A DNA stretch of 64,000 bases from a virus. Lineage: Duplodnaviria > Caudoviricetes. The position numbers and the translations under genes were made by a program. Shown piece after piece: positions 55,055 to 64,000 of the stretch (the first letter of the stretch is position 1; each line of letters starts with the position of its first letter). Location of the stretch: positions 3,523-67,522 of IMG/VR virus record IMGVR_UViG_3300033463_010483; one strand, written 5' to 3'. The notes under the pieces were generated by a model. It did not search any database. It saw only the letters and a list, made by a program, of their open reading frames with translations, and was not told the origin of the DNA.

Positions 55055-55650
55055 TGCCCACTGGATACACAGCCGTTGTTGGTGACGGCAAAATCACTAC
55101 ACTGCGGGAATTTGCCTTGATCTGCGCGCGCGGCATGGGTGCTTGCATAATGATGCGCGATGAACCTTGGGATGCGCCGATTCCGGAGCGCTTTGAACCC
55201 CAGACAAAATATCACGACGATAAGCTCGAAGAGGCAAAGGCAGTGCTCGAAACGTTGCCCAAACTTTCAGAAGCGGAATGCGAAAGTCGCGCAGTTGAAG
55301 AGTACAAATCTACGATGGCAAGTGACGCCAAGTACAGGGCGGAACGCGAATTGCGCAACTCTCGATACCGCTCGATGCTAGATGCAGTCTCTTCGTGGCA
55401 CACTGATGCAGAGGGCATCAAGGAGTTCATGGTTGAGCAATTGAACATCTCAATCGAGCGAGACTACCCCTCCAAATCCCCAGTAAAGCTAACCGGTGCT
55501 GAGTGGAGGGAAGATAGGTTGAAGCAAGCACATCACGATGTCGCCTATCATGAAAGGGCGCGTGGTGAAGAAATATGGCGCACCCAAGAACGCAACCGCT
55601 GGCTGTCCGATCTGCGCTCAAGTCTTCCGACCAAAGGAAATCAATCATGA
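55054..55650 (+). CDS. Conserved phage hypothetical protein
   Basis: MPTGYTA...FALICARGMGACI.MRD; TAATG coupling. Confidence 0.7.
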   Translation: MPTGYTAVVGDGKITTLREFALICARGMGACIMMRDEPWDAPIPERFEPQTKYHDDKLEEAKAVLETLPKLSEAECESRAVEEYKSTMASDAKYRAERELRNSRYRSMLDAVSSWHTDAEGIKEFMVEQLNISIERDYPSKSPVKLTGAEWREDRLKQAHHDVAYHERARGEEIWRTQERNRWLSDLRSSLPTKGNQS

Positions 55651-56810
55651 ACCAGATCGCACCGCGTGAAACATCAATTAACAGCGTATCGGTATCGACT
55701 GGCGCGAATGGTACGTCAATTGCACCGCAGAACCTGGGTGAAGTCGTTCGCTTCGCAGAAGTCATGTGCAAGGCCGATATTGCCCTACCAAAGCATCTAC
55801 GCGGGAACGCAGGCGCATGCATGGCTGTGGCAATGCAAGCCCTTGAGTGGCAGATGTCGCCATTTGCTGTGGCCTCGAAGTCCTATGCCGTGAATGGCGC
55901 TATCGCTTATGAGGCCCAGCTTATCGCCGCCGTAGTCAATACCCGATCCGGCATTAAGGGGCGCTTGAAGTATGTTTTTGAAGGCACTGGAGCCGCAATG
56001 ACATGCACCGTTACCGGAACGCTTGATGGTGAGGAGTGCGTTTACACGTCTCCATCCATTGGCAGCATCACTACCAAGAACTCGCCATTGTGGAAGTCAG
56101 ATCCACAGCAGCAGCTTGGCTATTTCTCCGCTCGGTCGTGGGCTCGTCGTCATTGCCCCGAAGTTCTTCTCGGCGTGTACGACCGTGACGAAGCCGAACA
56201 GTTCCAAGGTGCAGACAACGCAAAGGATGTAACGCCACGCACGACACTGCAGGCGCGCCTTGCTGCCGCCAAAGAAGCCCATGGAGAGCAGGAAGGCTTT
56301 AATGCCGCCAATGTAGCCCGCGAGACCGGAACGCTCACTGGTGGCGTTCCAGAACAGAATTCAGAAACATCAGCCGACGATCTCCCCACGAAAGCTGATG
56401 CAGGAAGCGACATTGACGCCATCGCCCCCAATGAGCGTGTCGCTTCCGCCCATTTAACCGATGATGAATCGGCACTTGAGTCCAGTGGGGATGATGTCGC
56501 CTCCCCGTCGTCTTCACTGGACTCCGAAATTGACGATTTCACCGAGCAGACAACCGGCAGAAATCCGTCCGTCATCCGTGAACTCAAGCGCGAATGCAAG
56601 GACAAGCTCCTTCAGATCGCCAACAGTGATCTGCCTGCGGGTGAGCGTCGAGGAGTGCTGGAGCGTACCAAGAACGTCTGGAAAGACGAACTGCCGGAAG
56701 GCCTTGAGTTTGTCCGCATCTGCTTTGAAACGACCGACAAGGTGATCAAGAAGGAACTCACGTCAGAGTTTGCCCTCAAGTATCTCAATGGCTTGGTAGG
56801 TGCGATATGA
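55647..56810 (+). CDS. recT: RecT-like single-strand annealing protein
   Basis: ACMAVAMQALEWQMSPFAVA, YEAQLI.AV, W..DP.QQL.Y...R.WAR; start 55647. Confidence 0.82.
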   Translation: MNQIAPRETSINSVSVSTGANGTSIAPQNLGEVVRFAEVMCKADIALPKHLRGNAGACMAVAMQALEWQMSPFAVASKSYAVNGAIAYEAQLIAAVVNTRSGIKGRLKYVFEGTGAAMTCTVTGTLDGEECVYTSPSIGSITTKNSPLWKSDPQQQLGYFSARSWARRHCPEVLLGVYDRDEAEQFQGADNAKDVTPRTTLQARLAAAKEAHGEQEGFNAANVARETGTLTGGVPEQNSETSADDLPTKADAGSDIDAIAPNERVASAHLTDDESALESSGDDVASPSSSLDSEIDDFTEQTTGRNPSVIRELKRECKDKLLQIANSDLPAGERRGVLERTKNVWKDELPEGLEFVRICFETTDKVIKKELTSEFALKYLNGLVGAI

Positions 56811-56986
56811 ACATCAACGCCGACACTATCCGCCTTCGTATCCAATCTTTGCCACCGCATGCCCGCGGCCGGCGCGAATTGGAAAACATAGCCCGCGAAG
56901 CAAAGCACGATGATCTTTATCGAGCAGTACTCGCCCAGGAACTTGAGAATGTTCTTGCCCGTGAAATGTGGGAGGTAAACCGATGA
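56807..56986 (+). CDS. Hypothetical protein (59 aa)
   Basis: Hand translation; ATGA overlaps at both ends. Confidence 0.55.
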   Translation: MNINADTIRLRIQSLPPHARGRRELENIAREAKHDDLYRAVLAQELENVLAREMWEVNR

Positions 56987-57156
56987 GGATCACAGTTTGC
57001 GTAGCCTGCGTCGCACAGGCACTTCAATCGGCCAATTGGGCGAATGGGGGCGGACACCAGTATTTATTCAACGAGGGTGCGCTTTGGATTTATTGGGTTT
57101 TCTCTGTGTTTTGGCTCGCGACGGGTATTAGAGCGCTTTGGAAGGGGGTCGCGTGA
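56983..57156 (+). CDS. Small membrane protein
   Basis: Hydrophobic C-terminal half; ATGA-coupled. Confidence 0.5.
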   Translation: MRITVCVACVAQALQSANWANGGGHQYLFNEGALWIYWVFSVFWLATGIRALWKGVA

Positions 57157-57235
57157 TGACCTATCACCTCCACCACCTGACACAAAACGGCATTTCACCT
57201 GACACAGATCGGGATTCCCGATTGATTGGCGGTGA

Positions 57236-57652
57236 ATGATGGCTGGGTTTCGCATCGCTCACTCATTTTCGGACCAGACTCCGAAAGTCAAACCGACAAA
57301 GAAGGTCAGCTATCTCGCCTTCCTGCATAAACTTCCATGTGTGGTTTCAGGGAAATATGGCGTCCAAGCTGCCCATATCTCATTCGCGAACCCGCATTAC
57401 ATGCACTACGGGCGCGGCAAAGGGCATAAGGCACATGATCTGTGGTGCCTCCCTCTATCCCCAGAAGCCCACAGAGACCAGCACAGTGGCAATGAGGCCG
57501 ATTGGTGGGCCAAGCAACGGATAGACCCGCATGAGCTTGCCCTGACGCTCTATGGGGCTTGGTCGAGCCTCGGTGACCAGGCTGAACCATTTTGCGTGGC
57601 CAGGATCAATAGTGGTCTTGCGCGAAACAATCGTCTCAGGAGCGCGTCATGA
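57236..57652 (+). CDS. HNH-like/DUF968-type nuclease
   Basis: YLAFLHKLPCVVSG...AAH...D.WCLPL...HRDQH. Confidence 0.7.
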   Translation: MMAGFRIAHSFSDQTPKVKPTKKVSYLAFLHKLPCVVSGKYGVQAAHISFANPHYMHYGRGKGHKAHDLWCLPLSPEAHRDQHSGNEADWWAKQRIDPHELALTLYGAWSSLGDQAEPFCVARINSGLARNNRLRSAS

Positions 57653-57990
57653 CAACCAAAATTACGCCAAGCAGCGGCTGCGTATTTACAGACCTTGGCA
57701 TCGAGAAGCCGACCATGACTGAATACGCTGAAAAACTCAAAGCGATGACGGATCTGGAACTGGTTGATGAAATAGGAAGTAAGGTTTGGCTGTCTGCATA
57801 CGCCGCAAACAACCCGCTCTCAAAATATCACGATAAATGTGATTCAACATATTGGGAAGCTGAGAGACGAGAAAAACCATGGTTGTATCAGCAAGGGTGG
57901 AACAAGGCGTGGGTTAGCGCTGGTCATGAACTATCTGATGATGATCGCGAACGTGCCATCGCCAAAGCGGAGGGTCGCCAAGATGACTGA
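57649..57990 (+). CDS. Phage hypothetical protein
   Basis: ATGA-coupled, 113 aa. Confidence 0.6.
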   Translation: MTTKITPSSGCVFTDLGIEKPTMTEYAEKLKAMTDLELVDEIGSKVWLSAYAANNPLSKYHDKCDSTYWEAERREKPWLYQQGWNKAWVSAGHELSDDDRERAIAKAEGRQDD

Positions 57991-58654
57991 TACTGCCCTC
58001 AAGCCGACATTGGAGCCTTTGCGGAAATCTGAAACTGAACCGACTTGGCTTCAAATAAAAAACCTGTTCGAAAAGTATGGGTGCGCACCACCAACCGCCT
58101 TGCGGGATGAGGTCGCCACTCTAGCTATGTGGGCTTGGTACGGAAAAAATCTAGACGCCGCTGTTTCAGCACACCCCCACCCCGTAGAGATGGTACAGGC
58201 GGACGTGCAGCCGGTGGCAATACAGCGTTATGAATTTGACGGCGGTTCCGTTTGGTGCGGAGAAGCTGCAAGTATGACGCCACACGTATCGGGGGACTAT
58301 GTCCTATTCACCGACCACCAAGCAACCGTAGCAGCACTTGAGGCGTATCTGGAACAAAAAAGCCATTTGATACAGGCTGCCCGCGCGGACAGAAAAATCT
58401 ATAGAGAGCGCGCCGAGCAAGCCGAAGCCTCCTTTGCTGAGATGCAGAAGTCGCGTGACGATTGGAAAGAGATTTCGGACTTGCAGGTTGGGGAGCTTGC
58501 TAAGTGCCAGAGGGAGAAAGAGGGGTTGCGGGAGCAGAACGACTGGTTGAAAGACCGGTTGGCATTTCTGCAATTACCTGCCACGCGGCACGATCAGCGC
58601 GAGGAATGGCTTTCGGAATTGGGCATGCCTGCTCTCAAAAGCGAGGGCGCATAG
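57983..58654 (+). CDS. Phage hypothetical protein (Ead-like mosaic, coiled coil)
   Basis: Start reassigned to 57983 (GGAGG RBS). Confidence 0.6.
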   Translation: MTDTALKPTLEPLRKSETEPTWLQIKNLFEKYGCAPPTALRDEVATLAMWAWYGKNLDAAVSAHPHPVEMVQADVQPVAIQRYEFDGGSVWCGEAASMTPHVSGDYVLFTDHQATVAALEAYLEQKSHLIQAARADRKIYRERAEQAEASFAEMQKSRDDWKEISDLQVGELAKCQREKEGLREQNDWLKDRLAFLQLPATRHDQREEWLSELGMPALKSEGA

Positions 58655-58864
58655 ATGGGTAAGCTAATCGCAAGTTACGAAGTCCATTGCACACAATGTG
58701 AATTGCCATTTCTCGGGATTGGCTATCGTCGGGCGGAAGCAGTGCGCACTCTGCGCAAATGCGGATGGAAACAGGCGATCAACGATAACTGGTATTGTGA
58801 AAAGTGCGCCACAACCCCTCGCGCCGCGCTCTCTCCTGAGAACGGGGGCGAGAACCATGGGTGA
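58655..58864 (+). CDS. Small zinc-ribbon protein
   Basis: CTQC ... WYCEKC. Confidence 0.6.
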   Translation: MGKLIASYEVHCTQCELPFLGIGYRRAEAVRTLRKCGWKQAINDNWYCEKCATTPRAALSPENGGENHG

Positions 58865-58935
58865 GTTTATTGGCATCATAATTTTGTCACTACTGTTTCC
58901 TGCGGCGGCTATCCTCATAGTGGAGTGGCTCGATC

Positions 58936-59499
58936 ATGACTGACTTATCAGAACGTATAAAAACTGCTGCCGAAAAAATCGCTCTTGAAAAGGGTCAGCC
59001 ACATTCAACGTGGTTCTGTTTCAAAGACGAAGCCTACGAGCGCATTCACTCAGAAGATTTTGCCGCCCTCTCCGCCGTAGGTCGCCCCTCTGACCTTTCC
59101 CCATTTCGACAGGCGCAGTATGATGCATATGGAGCAGCCCTCTCCGTTCCTTGCTTACAGGAGCCGGACAAAGTGGATCGAATGATCGACTTCATTCTAT
59201 CAGATGAAAGTCCAGTCACAGAAGTGGATCAAAATGACGTCGACATGTTCAATGCGGCAGTAGAAAAAGGCAAGCGTCGAATTGCTGCTTCTAAGATCGT
59301 TGCTTATGCGTCTAGCAGTGAGTTTCGCAAAAATCAGCTTATCTCTGCCGCGCAATACAATAGTGCGCTGCCAAAGAACCGTATTGAATTTGACATTCCC
59401 CTCTACGCCCAACCTATCGAAGTACGCGAGCAGGCGATACGCGAGTGGCATCCGATCAGCACAGTGAAGACTGGAGATGACAATGCCAGCCAAGATTGA
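58936..59499 (+). CDS. Phage hypothetical protein
   Basis: 187 aa; IPLY motif typical of Ea/ead-like genes. Confidence 0.6.
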   Translation: MTDLSERIKTAAEKIALEKGQPHSTWFCFKDEAYERIHSEDFAALSAVGRPSDLSPFRQAQYDAYGAALSVPCLQEPDKVDRMIDFILSDESPVTEVDQNDVDMFNAAVEKGKRRIAASKIVAYASSSEFRKNQLISAAQYNSALPKNRIEFDIPLYAQPIEVREQAIREWHPISTVKTGDDNASQD

Positions 59500-60130
59500 T
59501 GTCATAGGCATGAGATTTGAGCGCCTTCTTGTCTTAGACGATGGCGATAAATCCCCCAACGGACGCAGAACAGTTAAGTGCGTTTGCGATTGCGGGAAAA
59601 TAACCATTGTTGATCCTCGCTCTTTGCGTAGCGGAGACACTAGGAGCTGCGGATGCCTCCAAAAAGAAGCTGTGTCGAGATCAGTTATCGCCCTCCACAC
59701 CACGCATGGTCAGTCCAGATCATCTGAATACAATACGTGGATAAAAATCCGGGATAGGTGTACCAACCCGAGGAACTTAAAGTTCAAGGATTATGGCTAT
59801 AGAGGCATAAAAGTATGCCACGATTGGTTGGAAAGCTTCGACGCATTCTTTCGTGACATGGGAGAAAAACCACGGAAGTCCTGGTCTATAGATCGCATTG
59901 ATGTGAATGGCGACTACGAGCCGAATAATTGCCGTTGGGCTGATCCAAAAACCCAATCTCGCAATAAGCGATCACACAGAATAGTTGAGCTTGAGGGCGT
60001 ATCTATGCCTTTGTCACAGGCCTGTGAGATTGCCGGGGTCAATTACCGTTCTGCTCTTTATCGATTGAATACAGGCAAGCACTGGATGCCATTGCCGCCC
60101 GCTCCCCTCGCGCTTCTGGAGGGCCGGTGA
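59477..60130 (+). CDS. HNH-family homing endonuclease
   Basis: CVCDCG, SCGC, YGYRGIKVC..W, SIDRIDVNGDYEPNNCRWA. Confidence 0.85.
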   Translation: MTMPAKIDVIGMRFERLLVLDDGDKSPNGRRTVKCVCDCGKITIVDPRSLRSGDTRSCGCLQKEAVSRSVIALHTTHGQSRSSEYNTWIKIRDRCTNPRNLKFKDYGYRGIKVCHDWLESFDAFFRDMGEKPRKSWSIDRIDVNGDYEPNNCRWADPKTQSRNKRSHRIVELEGVSMPLSQACEIAGVNYRSALYRLNTGKHWMPLPPAPLALLEGR

Positions 60131-60131
60131 C

Positions 60132-60866
60132 ATGGTGAAGCTATGGCACGGTGATTGTCTTGACCTATTGAAGAACCTGCCTGCAGCAAGCGTGGATATG
60201 ATCTTGTGCGACCTGCCATACGGCACAACTCGCAATTCGTGGGATAGCATCATACCTCTTGAGCCACTGTGGGCTGAATATAAGCGTATCTGCAAAGGCG
60301 CTATTGTTCTGACTGCGCAGACCCCATTCGATAAGGTGCTTGGCGCGTCAAATCTGAACATGCTCCGGTACGAATGGATTTGGAAAAAGTCTCACCCAAC
60401 CGGTCATATGAATGCGAAGAAAATGCCGATGAAGGCACATGAGAATGTGCTCGTCTTCTATAGAAAGTTGCCGACATACAATCCTATCAAGACAACGGGT
60501 CACGTCAAAAAAACTGCCGTGAAGCGGCGTGATACCACAACCAACTATGGCAAGCAGAAGTTCACTGAGCTGCCATACTCATCCACCGAGCGCTATCCGC
60601 GCAGTGTGGTGAGGTTTCCCAGCGACAAGCAGAAATCAGCGCTGCACCCCACTCAAAAGCCACTCGATATGTTTGAGTATTTCATCAGAACCTACACAAA
60701 CCCCGGCGACACTGTTCTTGATAATGCGATGGGGTCAGGAACAACGGGCGTTGCTTGCTGGAACACTGGTCGTGATTTCATTGGGATTGAGAAAGACCAT
60801 GTAATTTTTGAGACTGCCCGAAAGCGCCTCGAAAATCCGCAGCAGTTCGAAGGGATCGCGTCATGA
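60132..60866 (+). CDS. Beta-class amino (m6A/m4C) DNA methyltransferase
   Basis: DLPYG motif IV, HPTQKP, VLDNAMGSGTTG motif I. Confidence 0.9.
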   Translation: MVKLWHGDCLDLLKNLPAASVDMILCDLPYGTTRNSWDSIIPLEPLWAEYKRICKGAIVLTAQTPFDKVLGASNLNMLRYEWIWKKSHPTGHMNAKKMPMKAHENVLVFYRKLPTYNPIKTTGHVKKTAVKRRDTTTNYGKQKFTELPYSSTERYPRSVVRFPSDKQKSALHPTQKPLDMFEYFIRTYTNPGDTVLDNAMGSGTTGVACWNTGRDFIGIEKDHVIFETARKRLENPQQFEGIAS

Positions 60867-61096
60867 GTATGGAATGGGTAAGAAAGTACTACTCTGTCCC
60901 TGCGAAACGCGGCGGTCGCATAAAGTACACCGGTGGATGGAATGATCCGTCCAAATCTATATTCGGAACAATTCGAAGCGCCTCTAATGGTCGGCTGAAC
61001 ATTCAACTCGACGGAGAAAATTACACTTCACAGTTTCATCCGACGTGGGAAATCACGTACCTCAAGGCGCATGGAGGCAGCAATGGTAACGTATGA
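60863..61096 (+). CDS. Phage hypothetical protein
   Basis: YYSVPAKRGGRI...HPTW. Confidence 0.65.
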   Translation: MSMEWVRKYYSVPAKRGGRIKYTGGWNDPSKSIFGTIRSASNGRLNIQLDGENYTSQFHPTWEITYLKAHGGSNGNV

Positions 61097-61391
61097 AGAA
61101 CTGGTCGAGAAGGTGGCGCGGATTATTGATCCAGCATCGTTTGGGACAACACCGGAAATGTATGGATTTCGCGGACCAGACAAACAAGATCGTTTCAAAC
61201 GAACCTTCGGTTACGGTGGGCAGTTAGTAGCTATCGAGCGAGCAGAAAAGATCATAGCCACCATCCTCGAAGCCCTGAGTGAGCCGAGTGAAGCGATGGT
61301 GGCAGCCGCACAGTCAGAATGGCCGGATACTGCCAGAATGCTCAAAGCGGCCCTCGCAGCTAGCCCTCTTGTAGAGGAGGAGCGGAGATGA
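61083..61391 (+). CDS. Phage hypothetical protein
   Basis: EPSEAMVAA motif; GGAGG RBS. Confidence 0.6.
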   Translation: MVTYEELVEKVARIIDPASFGTTPEMYGFRGPDKQDRFKRTFGYGGQLVAIERAEKIIATILEALSEPSEAMVAAAQSEWPDTARMLKAALAASPLVEEERR

Positions 61392-61537
61392 ACAAGCCAT
61401 ACGACAAGGCTTTCGCAGCAATCATCAAATGGCTTCGTGAGCACGGCTACACCGCCCATACCGACCGCTATGGACATACCGAGATGCGGAGGAAGCGACA
61501 GGCGGTGGATATGCAGAACAACGGGGAGAGTATCTAA
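61388..61537 (+). CDS. Small hypothetical protein (49 aa)
   Basis: Hand translation; coupled at both ends. Confidence 0.45.
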   Translation: MNKPYDKAFAAIIKWLREHGYTAHTDRYGHTEMRRKRQAVDMQNNGESI

Positions 61538-61863
61538 TGCCTCTATTGACACCAGAGCAGGCCGCGAATGAACTTGGCATCTCCAACCGTCAGTTATTCC
61601 ACCTCATGGCGGACGGAGACTTGCCGTACATCAATATCGGACGTGGCAATAAAACAGTGCGGCGATACGATCCTTCTGATCTGGAGGCCTTCAAGGCCCA
61701 AAGGAAGCAAACGCAATGCCGATCTTCAAGCGCCGTAACGCACCGTTCTACAGCTACGATTTCCGTGTCAAAGGTAACCGATATACAGGAAATACTGGCA
61801 AAACGACGAAGCGAGAAGCTGAGCAATTCGAGGAATCGGAAAAGCGGCGCATCAAAAGCCTGA
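61537..61863 (+). CDS. xis: Excisionase (HTH_17-like)
   Basis: LLTPEQAANELGIS...LPYI..G...RYDPSDL; overlaps int. Confidence 0.82.
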   Translation: MPLLTPEQAANELGISNRQLFHLMADGDLPYINIGRGNKTVRRYDPSDLEAFKAQRKQTQCRSSSAVTHRSTATISVSKVTDIQEILAKRRSEKLSNSRNRKSGASKA

Positions 61864-62798
61864 CAATCCAGTCAGGCCAGCCTATGACCATGGGTCAAGC
61901 GACTGGCCGATATTGGGATGAAGTCGGCCAATTCCATGTGAATAGCGATACGACAATTACGGTGTTCGCATGGCTAGACAGGCAAGTTGGCAAGAACACA
62001 CTCATTTCATCCATCACTGATGCAGATATTGCAAAACTGATCAGCAAGCGCCGCGCTGAAAAGGATGTACAGCCGTCAACGGTCAATCGATCCGTAACAC
62101 AGCCCATGCGGGCTCTTTTGGCCCGTGCAGCCGATACCTGGGGGCAGGAAGTCAATAAGATCAAATGGTCTAAATTGCTTCTGAAAGAACCTCAGGAGCG
62201 AGTTCGGGAACTCATGCCCGAAGAGGAAACGCGATTATTCGCCAAACTGAGAGCCGACTATCACCCTATCGTCAGATTCTCTCTGTTAACTGGATGCCGC
62301 ATGCAGGAATGTCTTGACCTGACGTGGCGACAGATTGACTGGACCAATCGTCAGATGCGCGTAACCGGCAAGGGCGAAAAGACAAGAACTATTCCCGTCT
62401 CCGATGCCGTGTATGCGCTGCTGCGCGCCCTTCCCATGGCAAAGGACAAGGTATTTACCTATGCCAGCAAGCGCGCGGACAATGCGCCTCGCGGCGATCT
62501 GCTGCCAATCTCGCGCGAAGGCCTCAAGTCAACGTTTGAGCGAACCGTCATCAATGCCAAAATTGAGGATTTCAGCTTCCACGATCTGCGGCATACCTGT
62601 GCCACGCGCCTGCTGCGAGCAACTGGTAATCTGAGGTTGGTAAAGGATCTACTTGGTCACTCTGACATGAATACGACGCTGAAATATGCGCACGTGACCC
62701 AAAGTGATCTGCTCAATGCGATGAATCACACCCAAAACGCCGCACAGGCGAAGGTTGATCAGGCTAACGAATTGAAAGAAAACCAGAAAATAGGCTGA
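61716..62798 (+). CDS. int: Tyrosine integrase
   Basis: TGCR..E, FHDLRH, LLGH, KYAH catalytic motifs intact. Confidence 0.95.
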   Translation: MPIFKRRNAPFYSYDFRVKGNRYTGNTGKTTKREAEQFEESEKRRIKSLTIQSGQPMTMGQATGRYWDEVGQFHVNSDTTITVFAWLDRQVGKNTLISSITDADIAKLISKRRAEKDVQPSTVNRSVTQPMRALLARAADTWGQEVNKIKWSKLLLKEPQERVRELMPEEETRLFAKLRADYHPIVRFSLLTGCRMQECLDLTWRQIDWTNRQMRVTGKGEKTRTIPVSDAVYALLRALPMAKDKVFTYASKRADNAPRGDLLPISREGLKSTFERTVINAKIEDFSFHDLRHTCATRLLRATGNLRLVKDLLGHSDMNTTLKYAHVTQSDLLNAMNHTQNAAQAKVDQANELKENQKIG

Positions 62799-62808
62799 GG
62801 CATCATTT

Positions 62809-62847
62809 CCCCCAGTCAAGTGCGCTACCGGGCTGCGCTACGCTCCG
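62809..62847 (-). pseudogene. 5' half of host tRNA-Pro(GGG), cut at the anticodon loop (right att junction)
   Basis: CGGAGCGTAGCGCAGCCCGGTAGCGCACTTGACTGGGGG followed by non-tRNA sequence 10 bp from the int stop. Confidence 0.85.
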
Positions 62848-62858
62848 CCGGTGCCGAA

Positions 62859-62887
62859 CCCCTAGAATACTGGGGTTTTTTTGGCAA
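62859..62887 (-). promoter_or_regulatory. Probable host tRNA promoter
   Basis: TTGCCA-17-TAGGGG just upstream of the tRNA 5' end. Confidence 0.45.
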
Positions 62888-63056
62888 TAGCCGATTTGGA
62901 AGAAAAAGAACAAACTGCACACAAATGCACGGCGTGGGCGTTTTCGGCACTGAACGTCCCACGGATTTCTTTACCTTCCCCACCCTTACCTCATACTCGC
63001 CGGGCTAAACGGGATGATTCGAATGCGGAATTCGGATTTCATTTTGGAGGACCGTA

Positions 63057-63638
63057 ATGTTGATCGATTTCCAGGGCCGCTATATCGAGAGAGCGGCCCT
63101 CGTCATTATGCACTATCAAGCCGACGTGTTTGCAATCCTGTTCGGGGAGCAGCCGTCGCCCTTGCTGGATCGCTGCAACACTCTGATCAGGCGCTGGCGC
63201 GCCACCGGCCGGCCGGTGCTGTTCCCCAACTTTTCACTGGGTGAAGCCTATGAACACGCACCACCGGCAAGCAACCGCCAGATTTCGCCTTATACATCGT
63301 CCGGACATTTTCGCACCGGCCGCCCCGTTGCGGGGCTTGCGATCGAACCGGGTGACCTTTTCTATGCATGTCCGCGAGCCAGCGTTTTTCACGGTACGTC
63401 GCTCGACGCCGATCTTCGGACGCGCGGTGTAAACACCCTTGTCATGGCCGGAATAAGCACCACCGGCGTCGTTCTTTCCAGCGTCACCTGGGCCAGCGAT
63501 GCGGACTACGATGTGCGCCTGATCGAGGACTGCTGCTACGACCCCGACCAGGAGGCGCATGACGCTCTGTTCCGCTCCGGGTTCGGCGGACGCGTCCAGG
63601 CCCACACACTTCAGGAGAAACCATGTTTGACCATGTGA
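63057..63638 (+). CDS. Isochorismatase-like hydrolase (host)
   Basis: AALVIMHYQ.D, RASVFHGTSL, LVMAGIST.GVV; the canonical catalytic Cys is not evident. Confidence 0.85.
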   Translation: MLIDFQGRYIERAALVIMHYQADVFAILFGEQPSPLLDRCNTLIRRWRATGRPVLFPNFSLGEAYEHAPPASNRQISPYTSSGHFRTGRPVAGLAIEPGDLFYACPRASVFHGTSLDADLRTRGVNTLVMAGISTTGVVLSSVTWASDADYDVRLIEDCCYDPDQEAHDALFRSGFGGRVQAHTLQEKPCLTM

Positions 63639-64000
63639 AATTCGGCGTAAGCGACTATGCAGCCAGCAAGGCGTTCTACCTCAAGGCACTCGAACCGCTC
63701 GGTATCGCTGTCATCGCAGAGGGGACGACGCCGGCGCAGGGTGCCGAGCTCAGCCCAAAGGGCAAGGCCTCCCTGTGCCTGTACCAGACCGAGGAGAAGC
63801 CGGCGCATCTTCATCTGGCGTTCACGGCCGAGAATCGCCAGCAGGTCGAGGCTTTCCATCGGGCGGCTCTGGCCGCGGGCGGTAAAGACAATGGCGCGCC
63901 GGGTCTGCGCCCGCGCTACCACGCGAACTACTATGCGGCCTTCGTCATTGATCCGGACGGGCACAACATCGAAATGGTTTGCCACGAACCCGAGGCCTGA
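63623..64000 (+). CDS. VOC/glyoxalase family protein (host)
   Basis: MFDHV...FY..AL, HLAF.A, GG.DNG.PG.R, YYAAFVIDPDGHNIE. Confidence 0.92.
   Translation: MFDHVKFGVSDYAASKAFYLKALEPLGIAVIAEGTTPAQGAELSPKGKASLCLYQTEEKPAHLHLAFTAENRQQVEAFHRAALAAGGKDNGAPGLRPRYHANYYAAFVIDPDGHNIEMVCHEPEA

Larger units (their letters stand above)
1..62815. mobile_element. Temperate prophage, contractile-tailed, lambdoid immunity region; left end outside the window
   Basis: Ordered lysis, tail, head, terminase, replication, cI/cro, recombination, xis and int modules; right junction in a split tRNA-Pro at 62809-62847; no matching tRNA 3' half found in the window. Confidence 0.96.

Noticed and set aside
56807-56986. 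Apparent frameshift in a small ORF after recT
   Set aside because: Recounting the A-run at 56883-56886 shows the frame is intact (59 aa).
61716-61863. 148-bp xis/int overlap
   Set aside because: Overlap of xis and int is common in temperate phages, and the overlapping xis tail is low complexity.

Overview
Positions 1 to about 62815 are one large temperate prophage with a contractile (myovirus-type) tail and a lambda-like cI/cro switch. The host is probably a Rhizobiales-type alphaproteobacterium (inferred from the GcrA-like gene and the tRNA sequence). The left end of the prophage lies outside the window. Left to right: an O-acyltransferase moron, post-lysis accessory genes, lysis cassette, tailspike and fibre, baseplate, tail, head and packaging genes (all on the minus strand), a phage tRNA-Gly and structured late leader, a delayed-early operon (minus strand), the cro/cI immunity region, an early-left operon (plus strand: RecE/RecT-like, HNH, MTase, xis, int), and the right att junction, which splits a host tRNA-Pro(GGG) in its anticodon loop. 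Two host genes (isochorismatase-like, VOC/glyoxalase) end the window. The best candidates for new biology are: (1) a membrane cluster with an ExbB/TolQ/MotA-like gene, a MotB/ExbD-like Asp helix fused to a YfaP-like domain, and a third membrane gene; (2) a cytosine methyltransferase locus with two fully overlapping reading frames of about 445-450 aa; (3) a Nudix hydrolase fused to the prohead protease/scaffold; (4) one accessory module of about 60 aa inserted six times in four virion proteins. All family assignments come from motif recognition by eye; no database search was run.
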